NCBI RefSeq assembly: GCF_006345805.1
Contig: NC_043006.1
Coordinates: 42,718,001-42,782,000 of the forward strand
Source of the DNA: Octopus sinensis
Lineage: Eukaryota
Direction of reading: 5' to 3'
Length of the DNA stretch: 64,000 nt
The position numbers and the translations under genes were made by a program. Below the pieces are notes generated by a model, which saw only the letters and a list, made by a program, of their open reading frames with translations, searched no databases and was not told the DNA's origin. Each line of letters opens with the position of its first letter. The first letter of the stretch is position 1. Shown piece by piece: positions 39,977 to 53,794 of the stretch.

Positions 39977-40451
39977 CCCTTTCATTACCATATTTCTGTT
40001 GAGATGCTCTGTGTTTCTTTCAATTGATTTTAAATATAACAAAGAATTTAGTAAAATAACTTAGTTATCATTAAGCTAGTGTTAGGAACATAAATTGTGA
40101 CTAAGGTTTGGTGGAAGATTTTAATTCAGAACTTTTGAAAACAAGACATTTGCACTACAAAGCCAGAGGCGGTTTTAGGCTGGTTGGTATCAAAAGATTT
40201 AAGGATTGTTTCTCTATTATATACTTTAAACCTTTCGTTACCATATTTCTGTTGAGATGCTCTGTGTTTCTTTCAATTAATTTCAAATATAACAAAGAAT
40301 TTAGTAAAGTAACTTAGTTATTATTAAGCTAGTGTTAGGAACATAAATTGTGACTAAGGTTTGGTGGAAGATTTTAATTCAGAACTTTTGAAAACAATAC
40401 ATTTGTACTATAGAGCCGGAAGCAGTTTCAGCCGGGTTGGTATCAAAAGGG
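39977..40451. mobile_element. Two tandem piggyBac-type MITE copies (~253-bp unit including flank)
   Basis: Reverse complement of 35251-35471; flank attgtttctctattatata is duplicated too. Confidence 0.85.
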
Positions 40452-42369
40452 TAAAGAATTGTTTCTCTATTATATATTTTAATGTTCAAACTGCTCAGAT
40501 TTGACCTCTCACACCAACCATACAATATTATTCTAAAAATTAAGAGTTACCTCATCAAAATCTCAAAGTTAAAAGATAATGCAGGATTAATTCAGAACAA
40601 TGAATGGAAACAAAGCAATACATTTGACAGAATATGAATGCCAAAGGGTAAAGTGGGTAGTTATTCTATTGACCCTGGAGGAAAATTTCAATCACAACAT
40701 ATTGGTTAGTGTAAGGCTGAATGTTTTTTTATTCTTTTATTTGTTTCAGCCATGCAGCTGTGGTCATGCTGGAGCACCACTGAGAAAAAAACAGAAAAAC
40801 TTGCTCAAGGTGCTATACACTGATATGAAATTCAGAAGTGTGGTTGCACTGCAAACTTCTTAACTACATAACCTGTACCAACACCAGCGCCACTACCTCT
40901 ACCACAACCACCATCGCCACCACCACCATCACCACCAACAACATCAACATCTTTCACCTCTGTAAGCTGACTGCCCATTCATCCCCATTGTCACTACCAT
41001 CACCAGCACCACCACTATGCAGTTTATACCCAAGCAGGGGGGGAAGGTGTGATTGTATTTTTGGTGAGGGTGATGTTGGTGGTGGTGGTGGTGGTGGTGG
41101 TAATAGTGGTGGAGGTGGTGGTGTCAGTACTGCTTGTGGTGGTGATGGTGGGGCAACCGTTAGTGGTGTGGTGGGGTGGAGGGAGCCTTGGAGGCGGAGG
41201 TGTTGTGGCGGTGGTGGCAGTGGTGTTGGTGATGGTGGAGGGAGTGGTAATATGGTTTAATTCATAATGAAATTAAAATTGAAAACTTTAATTTAAAGAA
41301 GGAATACTGAGAGAGAGAGAGAGAGAGACAGAGACAGAGAGAGAGAATGAAAGAGAAAGAGAGAGTGAGAGTCAGTCTCTGTGAGATAGCCAGTGTGTGC
41401 ATGTATTTGTGCATGCATGTGTGTGCATCTGTGTGTATGTATGAGTAAACGACAGAGACAGGGGTAAAGAGAGAGAGAGAGAGAGACATAGAAAAGAGCA
41501 AGACCATAAATTCATCAGGCATATATACCCCACCTCCACCACCACCACTACCACCACCACCACCACCACTACCACCACCACCTCCACCACCACTACATCC
41601 TATGTATTGCAAATACTGCTTCCTGATTGGTCATTGTTGCTTCACTCACTGCACAGTTACACATCACTGCTGTAACACTACATTGGGTTTCATGCTGCAT
41701 AAGTTTGAAGTCTCCATGGGCAGCTTCTTCATTTAATTGCCATATATAGCATGTGATGGTGGTGGCAGCGGTGGTGATGGTGGTAGCTCTGGTGGTGGTG
41801 GTGGTGGCGGCGGAGTGAGTGGGCAGTCAGCTTCCACGGGCTAAAGATATTGTTAGCGATGATGATGGTCATGATGGCGGTGGCCATTGTGATGGGAAGA
41901 GCAGTAATGTTGATGCTGTTACAGTTGTTGTTCAGCTCTAGGATAGCCCCTGACTGAGCAGATCTATGATCAATGATGTCCGAGCTATGATCACCCTGAA
42001 ACTTATTTCTCTCTTTATTTATTCTTCCGATTTATTATTTTTATTTGCAAAACAGAAATAATTGATTAAAGAAGGGCTTAGAGTTTTTTACCCCTTTACG
42101 TTAAAGAGTTCCTCACTTCCTTCAAAATTAATCTAAACAGGGTTAGTACAATGCCTGTGATGTCATGTGTTTCAGGACCAATGCTGATGCACTTCTTTGA
42201 AGGGATTTTGTTGAACAAATCAACCATTGTACTTATTTTGAAGTCTCTACTTTTTCTACTGATCTTTTTTGCCTAACTGCTAAGCTATGGGATGTAAACA
42301 AACCGACATTGATTGTCAAGCAATAGGGCAGGGTGACAAACACAGACGCAAAGAAACACACACATATAC

Positions 42370-42770
42370 AGGCACAGGAGTGACTGTGTAGGTAAGAAGC
42401 TTGCTTTCCAACCACATGGTTCCGGGTTCAGTCCCATGGTGTGGCACCTTGGATAAGTGTCTTCTACAATAGTCTTGCGCTGACGAGAGCCTCGTGAGCA
42501 GATTTGGTTGACGGAAACTGAAAGAAACCTGTTGTATGTATATATGTGTATGTATTTATTATTTGTGTCTGTGTTTGTCCCCTCCACCATCACTTGACAA
42601 CCGCTGTTGGTGTGTTTACATCCCCGTCACTTAGCAGTTTGGCAAAAGGAGACCGATAGAACAAGTACTAGGCTTACAAAGAATAAGTCCTGGAGTTGAT
42701 TCGTTCGACTGAAGGCGGTGCTCCAGCATGGCTGCAGTCAAATGACTGAAACAAGTCAATGAATAAAAGA
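42370..42770 (+). mobile_element. SINE family 1
   Basis: Consensus match. Confidence 0.88.
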
Positions 42771-42829
42771 ATATATGTGTGCATACATAAATACATATAT
42801 ACACATATACATACATACATACATACATA

Positions 42830-43383
42830 AAATGTAAGCACAACAGACCTGATATAATGATTTGGGATAGAAAAGAGAAACTGTGCACAGATCTAGAAAT
42901 TAGCTGCCGAGGGGATGTTAACATAAAGCTGAAGACCAGTGGAAAAGAGAACACCTATGCTGAACTATTGAGAAATATGCAGTTACTCTATCCAGATTAC
43001 AAGTTCAGGTTTATAACTGTAATTATTGAGGTCTTGAAATACGTAACACACTGCCTAAATAACCAATCTTGAGAAATTAGGCTTCTTAAAAACAGAAGGG
43101 AGAAAGCTAATTCAAAGACTATAGATACAATCCATCACTGGAACTGTAAAAATCTGTAAAACTTTCCAGAAGTCTATCATTTAAATATATATGAACATGT
43201 CTAGATATGCAACTATGTGCACGAGAATACATACATAAAACATACAAATCTGCACGTATACATACATACAAACAAAAATACCCTGTTTTTGATGTTGAAA
43301 TTCCAATGAAGGAGCCTTGGATCTAGGTTAGAAACCGCTTCTTTCTCTATTGGCAAGAAATTTTGAAATAAAACTGAACAATT
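42830..43383 (+). pseudogene. Third REL-endonuclease retrotransposon family, 3' fragment
   Basis: KHNRPDIMIWDRKEKLCTDLEISC...KENTYAELL (PD-x-E nuclease motif), then a putative 3' UTR ending aataaaactgaa before (CA)n. Confidence 0.7.
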
Positions 43384-43528
43384 ACACACACACACACACA
43401 CACACACTGTTTTGCAAAATAGTGGTTTTGTCTCTAATAATATTTTATAATATTTTACTATAAAATTGGATTTAATCCTAAATCTGATTTTTTTCCCTGT
43501 AAATTTGGATTTATTCCCTAATATTTAT

Positions 43529-43568
<40 letters not shown>

Positions 43569-43817
43569 CAAAGAGAGTTAGAAGTTGTGAATCCAACCAA
43601 CTAAGGGATAATATCTATCCAATATACTGCTTTTTTATTGCATGGCAGTTACACTACTGAATATAATAAGTGGGTGAGGATAAAAAGTTGTTTTACCCTT
43701 AATTTATACAGCAATAAGAAAATGGAAGGGGATCAAGAGGTGCTATTCATTAACTTTTAGACATTATATTGTGTCTATTTATTTAAAAAACAAAACAATT
43801 ATAATAATATACATACA

Positions 43818-44216
43818 TAGGCATAGGAGTGGCCGTGTGGTAAGTAGCTTGCTTACAAACCACATGGTTCCAGGTTCAGTCCCATTGCATGGCACCTTGG
43901 GCAAATGTCTTCTACTATAGCCTCAGGCCAACCAAAACCTTGTGAGTGGATTTGGTAGGCGGAAACTGAAAGAAACCTGACGTATATATGTATATATATA
44001 TATATTATGTGTGTATTTGTGTGTCTGTGTTTGTGCCCCCAACATCGCTCGACAACCATACTGGTGTGTTTACGTCCCCATAACTTAGCAGTTAGGCAAA
44101 AGAGGCCAATAGAATAAGTACTAGGCTTACAAAGAATAAGTCCTGGGGTCAATTTGCTCAACTAAAGGTGGTGCTCCAGCATGGCCACAGTGAAATGACT
44201 GAAACAAGTAAAAGAA
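43818..44216 (+). mobile_element. SINE family 1
   Basis: Consensus match. Confidence 0.9.
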
Positions 44217-44689
44217 AATATATATATACAAATATAAAAATGGAACAAAAACGGAATAGAGGGCATTAGAACGTTCAAACAGATAGACAAAGGCAGATAA
44301 GAGAAACAATAATTAGAAGGATAGACAAAAAAAAAGACGGGTCATTCTTGGCTTTCTTTCATCAGTCAAGTACCAGAAGTCACAACCATTTTGGACAGTT
44401 ACACTTGAGATGGTTCGATCTGGTTGACCCCAAAAAGTCTAAGCTAAGAGCATTAGACTCCTTTGTAAAAAAGCTAGCAAATGTGTACGGCAACAAAGAA
44501 AAAAAAACATAAAGATGGAGAACATGATACATATAAAGATGGAGAACATGATACACAATTACGAATACAACAAGAAATAACAACAGATGTCTTTTCACTG
44601 AGAGTAATTCAAATTGAGCTGGCGTGTATGAAGTGAAAGCCTCAGTGTGTGTGTGTTTGTGTGTGTGTGTGTATGTGTGTGTGTATGTA

Positions 44690-45065
44690 CGTCATCATCA
44701 TCATTGTTTAACATCTGCTTTCCATGCTGGCATGGGTTGGATGGTTTGACTGAGAACTGACAAGCCAGGAGGCCGCATCAGGCTCCAATCTGATCTGGCA
44801 AGGTTTCTACTTATTTTATTAGTTTCTTTTGCCAAAATTCTAGATTAAGGGGACATAAACACACCAACATCGGTTGTCAAGTGAGGTGGAGAGGACAAAT
44901 ACAGACACACAAACATATGCACATATATATATGATGGGCTTAAATCCTCTTACAAGGCTTTGGTCAGCCTGAGGCTATAGTAGCAGACACTTACCAAAGG
45001 CACCACGCAATGGGACTGAACCTGGAACCATGTGGTTGGTAAGCAAGATACCACACAGCCACTTC
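44690..45065 (-). mobile_element. RTE 3' end fragment (44690-44810) fused to a SINE family 1 fragment (44815-45065)
   Basis: Matches to 27170-27297 and to the SINE1 consensus. Confidence 0.75.
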
Positions 45066-45179
45066 TCCATCTATTATAATTTTTTAAAACTCTTAACTTC
45101 TTACATGACACATGCATCAGCGAAAACAGTCAGTCACTGGACAAGTGTGGATGCATTTTTTAATGAAGAAGATATGAAA

Positions 45180-45745
45180 CTAATGCATTATGCAATATAA
45201 TGCATAACAGAGTGTGGTGCATGAGGGAATATGATGCACAAGACTGCACAATGCATTATAATGCACAAGAAAGTATGATGCACAAATGAATATGATGCAC
45301 AATACAATATAATGTGTAAGATACAGAAAAGTTTGGTGCACATGAGAATATGGTGCACAAGCAGCACAATGCATTATAATGCACAATAAATTATGGTGCA
45401 AAAAGAATATGGTGCCCACAATATAGTGCCCAAGAGAGTTTGGTGCGAAAGAGAATGTGATGCACAACAGATTATAATGCACAGGAGAAGGTGTTGCATA
45501 AGAGAGTATGATGCACAAGCTTGCACAATACATTATAATGCACAGTAAAGCATGGTGCACAAGATAATATGGTGCATAATATAGTATAATGTGCACAATA
45601 CAGAAATGTATGATGTATGACAGAATATGGTGCACATAATATAGCGCACAAGGGAGTCAGGTGCAAAAGAGAATATGGTGCCCACAATAAATTATAGTGC
45701 ACAAAAGAAGAGGGTGCACACTGTTTAGTACTCAAGAGAAAATAG
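45180..45745. repeat. Degenerate TGCACAA-based minisatellite with ~180-bp higher-order period
   Basis: Recurring tatg(a/g)tgcacaa and cattataatgcaca blocks. Confidence 0.8.
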
Positions 45746-45858
45746 GGCACAAGAGGGTGAAAGGACCCACTTTGGTCATGAATGACCATGGGATTACAAA
45801 ATGACACAAAGGCTATAATTGATGCATTAAAGGGTTTAGAAGACAGAAAATATTTTAA

Positions 45859-46073
45859 CCCTTTAGTATTTCAACTGGCCATATCTGGTCTAAATATTCC
45901 ACCTGTTTTAAGTTCAAACTAGCCAGATCCAGCCTCTCACACCTACCCCATATTGTCACTCTAAAAATAAACAATCACAATGCTGAAATTTCAAAGCTGT
46001 GAAATAACAATGTATTATAAAAGTATGAATAAATAAGCATTGCATTTCTCAGAATAAACTGAATATTAAAGGG
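45859..46073. mobile_element. piggyBac-type MITE, second family
   Basis: TTAA-cccttta...taaaggg-TTAA. Confidence 0.8.
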
Positions 46074-46669
46074 TTAAATGGAATGCAGAAAGACTGTAGA
46101 CTATGGTTAAATAAATATAAGACTTCAGAATAGTGAAAATTACTTAGAGGCATTTTCTGCAAGGAAAGTATACAGTTAAGGTAGCAGGAGCACTAACATA
46201 GTGTAGTGAACCCAAACAAATTTTTTTATCAATTAAAATTATGCCCATAGTGATTAATCGTTACAGCTAATTACTTTTTCTCTTCATTTACAAATGTCGT
46301 TTTAATTAATTAAACATTTTTTTTTGTGGCCCATTACATGAAGTATGTTACTTCACTCCAGTTAACTATAAAACATTGCAGTAAATTCAGTAAAGTGTTA
46401 TAGATTAATAATTAAAGCTAATGACTTTTTCTCCTCGTTTTACAGATGCCATTTTAATTGATTAAATAAGTTTGTGGCCCATTTTATGAAGTGTGTTACC
46501 CTGTTCAGGTAACTGCATACGTCACAGTATGTTTTAGCGTAGTGTTGTAGTTTATAGAGCTCTGTGAAGTAGACAGAAAGTAATGGAAAAAAAAAAACTA
46601 TGGTATTTGAAAGGCAGAAATAAAGTACATTGCAATGTGGTTTGTAGTTCTTTGTGAACTGCATTGACA

Positions 46670-46699
46670 ATGATGATGATGGTGTGGTGGTGGTGGTGG

Positions 46700-46754
<55 letters not shown>

Positions 46755-46893
46755 AATGATGATGATAGTGGTGATGATGATGGTGGTGATGATGAGGATG
46801 ATGATGATGATGATGCTGTTGACAATGATGATGTTGATAATGATGATGATGATGATGATGGTGATGGAGTTGGTGGTGATGGTGATGATGGTG

Positions 46894-46925
<32 letters not shown>

Positions 46926-47350
46926 GATGATGATGCTGTTGGCAATGATGATGTTGATGATGACGACAATGATAGTGATGATAATGATGATGATGATGAT
47001 GATCATCATCATCATCATCATCATCATGACAATGATGCTGTTGACAATGATGATGATTACGACAACGATGATGCTGTTGAAAATGATGAGGATACTGATT
47101 ATGACAATAATGATGATGACGATGATGCTGTTGACAATGATGGCGATGATGATGATGATGACGATGATGATGACAACAACAACGATGCATATCACAATGA
47201 CAACTATGATGATGATGAAGACGATGATGAAAGTTATGTCAATAATGATGATGATGATTACGAAGATGATAACAATGACGATGACAGCGATGACAATGAT
47301 GATGATGACAGTCATCTCCACTGCTGCTGCAGTCATCGTTGTCATCATCG
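46670..47350. repeat. (GAT)n low-complexity tract
   Basis: Direct reading. Confidence 0.95.
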
Positions 47351-47902
47351 TTGCACTTTTAAAAGGCAATGATTTACAACCAGCTGCTCTTCCTATGGCC
47401 AAGCCTTTTTATTTATCTCATACAACAGGCAGTGAACCTATTTCTAAAAAGCGCACTCCCCCCCTGGGATACCCATGGTGTAAAAGATGAAAGGGACACA
47501 AAATCACATTTCTCTCTTTCTCTTTCTCCCTTTACTTTCTACTCTCTTTCTCTGAAATATCGCCTTATCTCTCTATTTCTCCCATTCACATAATCACACA
47601 GACCCCTTTCAAACTTTGACCTTAATAAATCTTCCAATTTTTTCCTTACATTTTCTGTTGCTTTTCTTGTTTTTTTTTTTCCAAATCAAAAACATTTACC
47701 TCCTCTCTTCAACTTTTTTCCTCTCTCGTTCATTTACTATATAACAGTGGTTCTCAATCAAGGTCCATACGACCCTTGGGGGCCATATAAAATTTTGTTG
47801 TTGAAATTTATGTGCAATAAATTGCTTATATTCTACAATATACAAAATATTTCAAATTTTTTATACATTTCTCAATATTATTTAATCATAAAAATAGAGT
47901 GA

Positions 47903-48653
47903 AGGCGCATGGCTCAGTGAAGGTACATTGGGCTCACAGTCATGAGACAGTGAGTTCAATCCTGGACTGGGTTGTGTGTTGTGTTTTTCAGCAACACACT
48001 TCATTTCATGTTACTTCAGTTCACTCAGCTGTAGAAATGAGTTGCTTCCAGCATCACTGGTGCCAAACTGTATAGGCCATTGCTTTTCCCTTGGATAACA
48101 TTGGTGACATGGAGAAGGGAGGCTGGTATGCATGGGTGATGACCGGTCTTCCATAAACAACCTTCTAGGTACAATCCAATGGCTGTTCATTGAATATCTT
48201 GCCTGGACTTGTGCCTCTGAGCGGAACTTTCTAGGTACAATCCCCTGGTCATTCATTACCAAAGGAGGTCTTTAAAAAATAGAGAAAGCCCTTTTTTTAA
48301 TCCATAAATTGAATATCTTGCCCAGACTTGTGCCTCTGAGGGGAACTTTCTAGGTACAATCCCCTGGTCATTCATTACCAAAGGGGGCCTTTAAAAAATA
48401 GAGAAAGCCCTTTTTTAAATCCATAAATTGAATATCTTGTCCGGACTTGTGCCTTTGAGGGGAACTTTCTCGGTACAATCTCATGGTCATTCGTTACCAA
48501 TGAGGGGGGGGGGGGTGAATAGAGAAAGCCCTTTTTTTATCTATAAATTGAATGCCTTGCCCAGACTTGTGCTTTCTAGATACAATCTCCTGGTCATTCA
48601 TTACCAAAGGGGGTCTTTAAAAAATAGAGAAAGCCTTTTTTTATGTATACATT
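47903..48653 (+). mobile_element. tRNA-headed SINE whose 3' end is amplified as a 119-bp tandem x4 (48191-48653)
   Basis: Head ggcgcatggctcagtg...gagttcaatcc; unit starts at 48191, 48310, 48429 and 48549. Confidence 0.8.
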
Positions 48654-48771
48654 GAATGATTGTGGAAGTCCAGCAGAATAAAACAGATATCCAAGATATC
48701 CATAGGCAAGAATAGTTAAGAACCAATGACCTATGGTCATTTTCTCTGTTTCACCCACAAACAGAAGTACT

Positions 48772-48814
<43 letters not shown>

Positions 48815-48953
48815 ACACACGTACTGCTCCCCCTCTTTCTCTTCCCACTTTATTTTCCCTCAATTTTTTTGCCATTTTCTTTCCTTCAGTCTCTCATTCT
48901 TCTTTTCATTCTCAACCTCCAGCTTTCAATTTCTGACATAACTCTCTCGCTCC

Positions 48954-48991
<38 letters not shown>

Positions 48992-49019
48992 TACATGCAC
49001 ATACAAACTCCTTCCCCTC

Positions 49020-49500
49020 TTTCCCTATCTCTTCTCCCCTCTCCTTCCTCTCCCTCTTCTGTCATCCACCCATCTGCTCTCTCCTCCTCTTCTTCTCCAC
49101 CACCTTGTCTCCACCACCCTCTCTCTCCCTCTTTCAAACTCTCTCACTCTCTTTTCTTTCTCAATTTAATACACACACTCTCTCTCATACTCTCTCACCT
49201 CTCTTCTTCTTCCTCTTTTTAACACACACTCTCTGACACTCTCTCTTTGTTCTTGTTCTTGTTCTTCTCCTCCTCCATTTCTTCTCCTTCTTATCTTTCT
49301 TTTTCTTCATCTCCTCTTGCCCCTTCTTCGTCTTCTTCTTCTTCTTCTTCCCCTCCTCCTCCTTATCCTTCTTCCTCCTCCTCTCTTCTTCTTCTCTCCT
49401 CCTCCTCCTCCTCCTCCTTACCTTCTTCTTATTCTCCTCCTCCTCCTCCTTCTTCTTCTTCTTCTTCTTCTTCTTCTTCCTCTTCCCCTACACCCCCGCC
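49020..49500. repeat. Polypyrimidine (CT/CTT/CCT)n tract
   Basis: Direct reading. Confidence 0.9.
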
Positions 49501-49944
49501 CTCAACCAACAAATCCCTCCATCTTTTAATATCCACCAAGGACAATACATCACCAATGTTTCTTCAATGACCAAAATGTCTCAAACTTGCCATTAAACTC
49601 TATGGATGCTGTGACACACCTTGCTCCTCAACACCCATATCAGCATTGTATTATCCAGACTAACACCCTATTAACCTCCATAACTCTACATCTACACACC
49701 CCCATCCACTATACACCCACCAGCCATGACATCCTAAATGTCTCGGAAAAGATCAGCAACATCCATCAGTGTTTCTTTTTTTGCCACTCAGCTTTGATCT
49801 CCAGTAGGTATATACAAATACACAGACACACACACACAGAGTTACACACACACACACATGCACACACACAGTCACACACGTGCACACACACACACAGTCA
49901 CACACGTGCACACATATATTATAGTGTGTATGTAGATATATATA

Positions 49945-49991
<47 letters not shown>

Positions 49992-50350
49992 TATATACAT
50001 ATATATATATATGCATACATATATTACACATATATATACACATACACATATGCATATATATATGATAGGTACATATATATTTATATGCATGTATGTATAT
50101 ATGTGTATATATGTATATATATATACATATACATTATTACATATGTGTGTGCGTGTGTGAGGGACGTGTGTGTGTGTGTGTATTATTTATATATATGTGT
50201 GTATAAATGTGCATATAAATAAATATATATATATATATAATATACAAACATGTATATATATATGTGTCTATATATGTATGTATTCATACTTACATGTATT
50301 GCTCTCTTTTTCTATATATAGATACATGTGTGTATATGTTTGTATGTATG

Positions 50351-50384
<34 letters not shown>

Positions 50385-51120
50385 TATTTACACACACTGC
50401 ATACACACATATGCACTAGCACACACATAGAACTAAGTATAGTGATGTTAATGCTTGCACACACACACACACACACACCAACACACACACACACATCAAC
50501 ACACACACACACACCAACACACACACACACCAACACACACACACACATCAACACACACACACACACCAACACACACACACACACACTTACACACACATGC
50601 AAACACACACTTTATTGGAATGATTCACACATTATTTCTTATCCTCGTCCTTCGTTGGAGATGAAAGCACCATAAACAGTCATTACAGCAGAGCTACGAT
50701 ATTCTAGACAAACTTTACACAGACACTATTATCTTATTGTCCATTTCTATACCCTGACCACTCTGCTACCCCCACCGCCATTCACCACACCACTGACAAA
50801 AAATATATAAATACGAAAAAAAAACACGAAAGTACTAAAAGGAAACACGCACATACATGCACACAGACACATATGTGTGTGCGTCTGTGCACACATTCAC
50901 ATATGTACAAATACATACGCTTGTATATATGTAATTGAATATCCACACATACAAATGCACAAACACATATGCACACACACATCATATATATATATATACA
51001 TATATATTTATATATGTATGTATTTGTGTATGTGTGTGCATGTGTGTGTATTTATAAATAAACATACATATGCACACACATACATGCACACACACATACA
51101 TACATTTATATATATTTGTG

Positions 51121-51153
<33 letters not shown>

Positions 51154-51182
51154 ATATGTATATATGTGTGTGTATGTATATA

Positions 51183-51220
<38 letters not shown>

Positions 51221-51242
51221 GTATATATATATATATATACGT

Positions 51243-51305
<63 letters not shown>

Positions 51306-51669
51306 ATATATATAAACACACACAGACTGATGCACACCTAAACACGTTCACATACATTTAAAACACATACACAGACAAGCACATACTTACACACATACAC
51401 ATTCACATACAAACATGCATACACACATGTACACCATTTAAATTCATGCACATATACACACAGAGTAACTTGCACTTATACACACATACATTGACACAAA
51501 TACAAGCACATACACAGACATACAGATTAACACACACACACACACACACCACACACACACATACACATACAAATATACATGTACAGGCTAACACATGCAC
51601 CACCCCCACACATACACCCTCACACTCACCACAATGACACATAGAAATATCTTACACACATACATGAAG

Positions 51670-52637
51670 TTTGAATCCACCACCACCATCACCACCACCA
51701 CCACCATCACCATCATCATCATGATCATCATCACCACCACCACCATAACTACCACCATCACAACTACCAACACCACAACTACCACCACCACCATAACCAC
51801 CACTACCACCACAACTACCACAACAACCATATTCATTACCATCATCATCATCACCACCAAGAGCACCACCACCACCACCACCACCTTGACTACCACTACC
51901 AACTTATTCACTAAAAATTCCATCACAGTAACCACCGATACCTTCACCACCATCACCATCTCCACCTTCCCACCCACCCATCATACTTCAACCCTCTTCT
52001 CCACCACAACATCATCTTCATGGCCACCAGCATCCTGACCATCTCCAGTACTGGACATTAACTTGAACCAACGACACCGTCTCCTGCAGCAACACCATCT
52101 TCAAAGACCATAACCATTACTGCATACAGCAGCAGCACCTCTACCACCAATACCATCTCCACCATCACCCCCTCCACCACCTCCACGACCACTACCACTG
52201 CCACCACCATTACCACTTAGGACCATCATCACCACCACTGCCACTGCCACCACCATCACCACTAGGACCATCATCACCACCACCCCTGCAAGTACTAACA
52301 CCTCCACCACCAATACCATTACAGTCATCACACTACCACCACCAATACCACCACCACCACCAATGACATCTCCACCACCAATACCACCACCACCACCAAT
52401 ACCACCACCACCACCAATACCACCATCACCACCACCAATACCACCACCACCACCAATACCACCACCACCACCAATACCACCATCACCACCACCAATACCA
52501 CCACCACCAATACCACCACCACCACCTCCAATACCACCACCACCACCAATACCACCACCACCACCAATACCACCACCACCACCAATACCACCATCACCAC
52601 CACCAATACCACCACCACCACCACCAATACCACCACC
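51670..52637. repeat. (CAC)n and (ATACCACCACCACC)n low-complexity tract abutting the assembly gap
   Basis: Direct reading. Confidence 0.9.
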
Positions 52638-52737
52638 NNNNNNNNNNNNNNNNNNNNNNNNNNNNNNNNNNNNNNNNNNNNNNNNNNNNNNNNNNNNNNN
52701 NNNNNNNNNNNNNNNNNNNNNNNNNNNNNNNNNNNNN
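52638..52737. other. Assembly gap (100 N)
   Basis: Run of n. Confidence 0.99.
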
Positions 52738-53119
52738 TATATAGATGTAATATATGATACACATAGATATACATATATATAATATAATATAGATATACAT
52801 ACATATATATGTATATACATACGTTTTTTATATATATATATGTATGTATGTACGTATATAAATATATATATATTAGTATAACTTTGATTATTACTTTCAT
52901 TGCACTGTAAAAGAAATGCCTTTTGGCGTTTGTTCTGATTTGTGATGTTCTTGGTTCAATTCCTGCCTAGGTCGAATTTACTGCTCATCCCTCTGGAGTC
53001 AATGAAAGAAAGTACCAGTAATAGCACTAGGGTTGATTTCTTTGACTAAATAATTGTCCTCCCACCCAACTCTGTAGCCTTATACTCAAGGAACAAATTA
53101 TCATTATAATGTTATTATT

Positions 53120-53492
53120 CGTGCCACTCTGTCAGTTACAACGACAAGCGTTCCAGTTGATCCGATCAATGGAACAACTTGCTCATGAAGTTAATGTTCA
53201 ATTGGCTAAGCACTCCACAGACACGTGTACCCTTAATGTTGTTCTCAGGGTGATTCAGTGTGACACAGAGTGTGACAAGGCTGCCCTTTGAAATACAGGT
53301 ACAACTGAAACAGGAAGAAAGTGCGAGAGAAAGTTGTGGCGAAAGAGTACAGCAGGGTTCATTACCACTCGCTGCTGGAGCCTCATGGAGCTTTAGGTGT
53401 TTTTGCTCAATAAACACTCACAACACCCAGTCTGGGAATTGAAACCGTGATCCTACAACTGTGAGTCCGCTGCCCTAACCACTGGGCCATTT
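53120..53492 (-). mobile_element. SINE family 2 variant
   Basis: Matches 32400-32772 and 23105-23415. Confidence 0.85.
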
Positions 53493-53794
53493 TGTCTCCA
53501 CAGTGTTATTATTACAATAGAATAGAAAAAAAACTAATTGATAGGTGCATAGAAGAGGAATGCATAGAAGAGGCTTCACAAAAGACATGCTTGTGGCAAG
53601 AATGGCCCTTGACCATTTCTTCAACATGAAACATGAAGGCTGTATTGCCCAAGCTACAATGCATGAGCTGAAACATGAAGGTACAAAAGCCATCCTGTTG
53701 AGCCCATGTGTTGAAGGTGCAGCAACCAAGCTACAATTCTATCTTTGGTAAACTACACCATACATGGCTTCCTAATTTCAAGCTGATATGCATG

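Noticed and set aside
40935-41860. Inverted pair of ~45-bp segments (gctgactgccca) within (CAC)n/(GTG)n
   Set aside because: Diverged copies of a microsatellite-associated repeat; no TSD or TIR structure.
46420-46515. Strong splice acceptor (gctaatgac...ttttacag) and donor
   Set aside because: All three frames have stops and it lies in a diverged ~150-bp local duplication; at most a non-coding exon.
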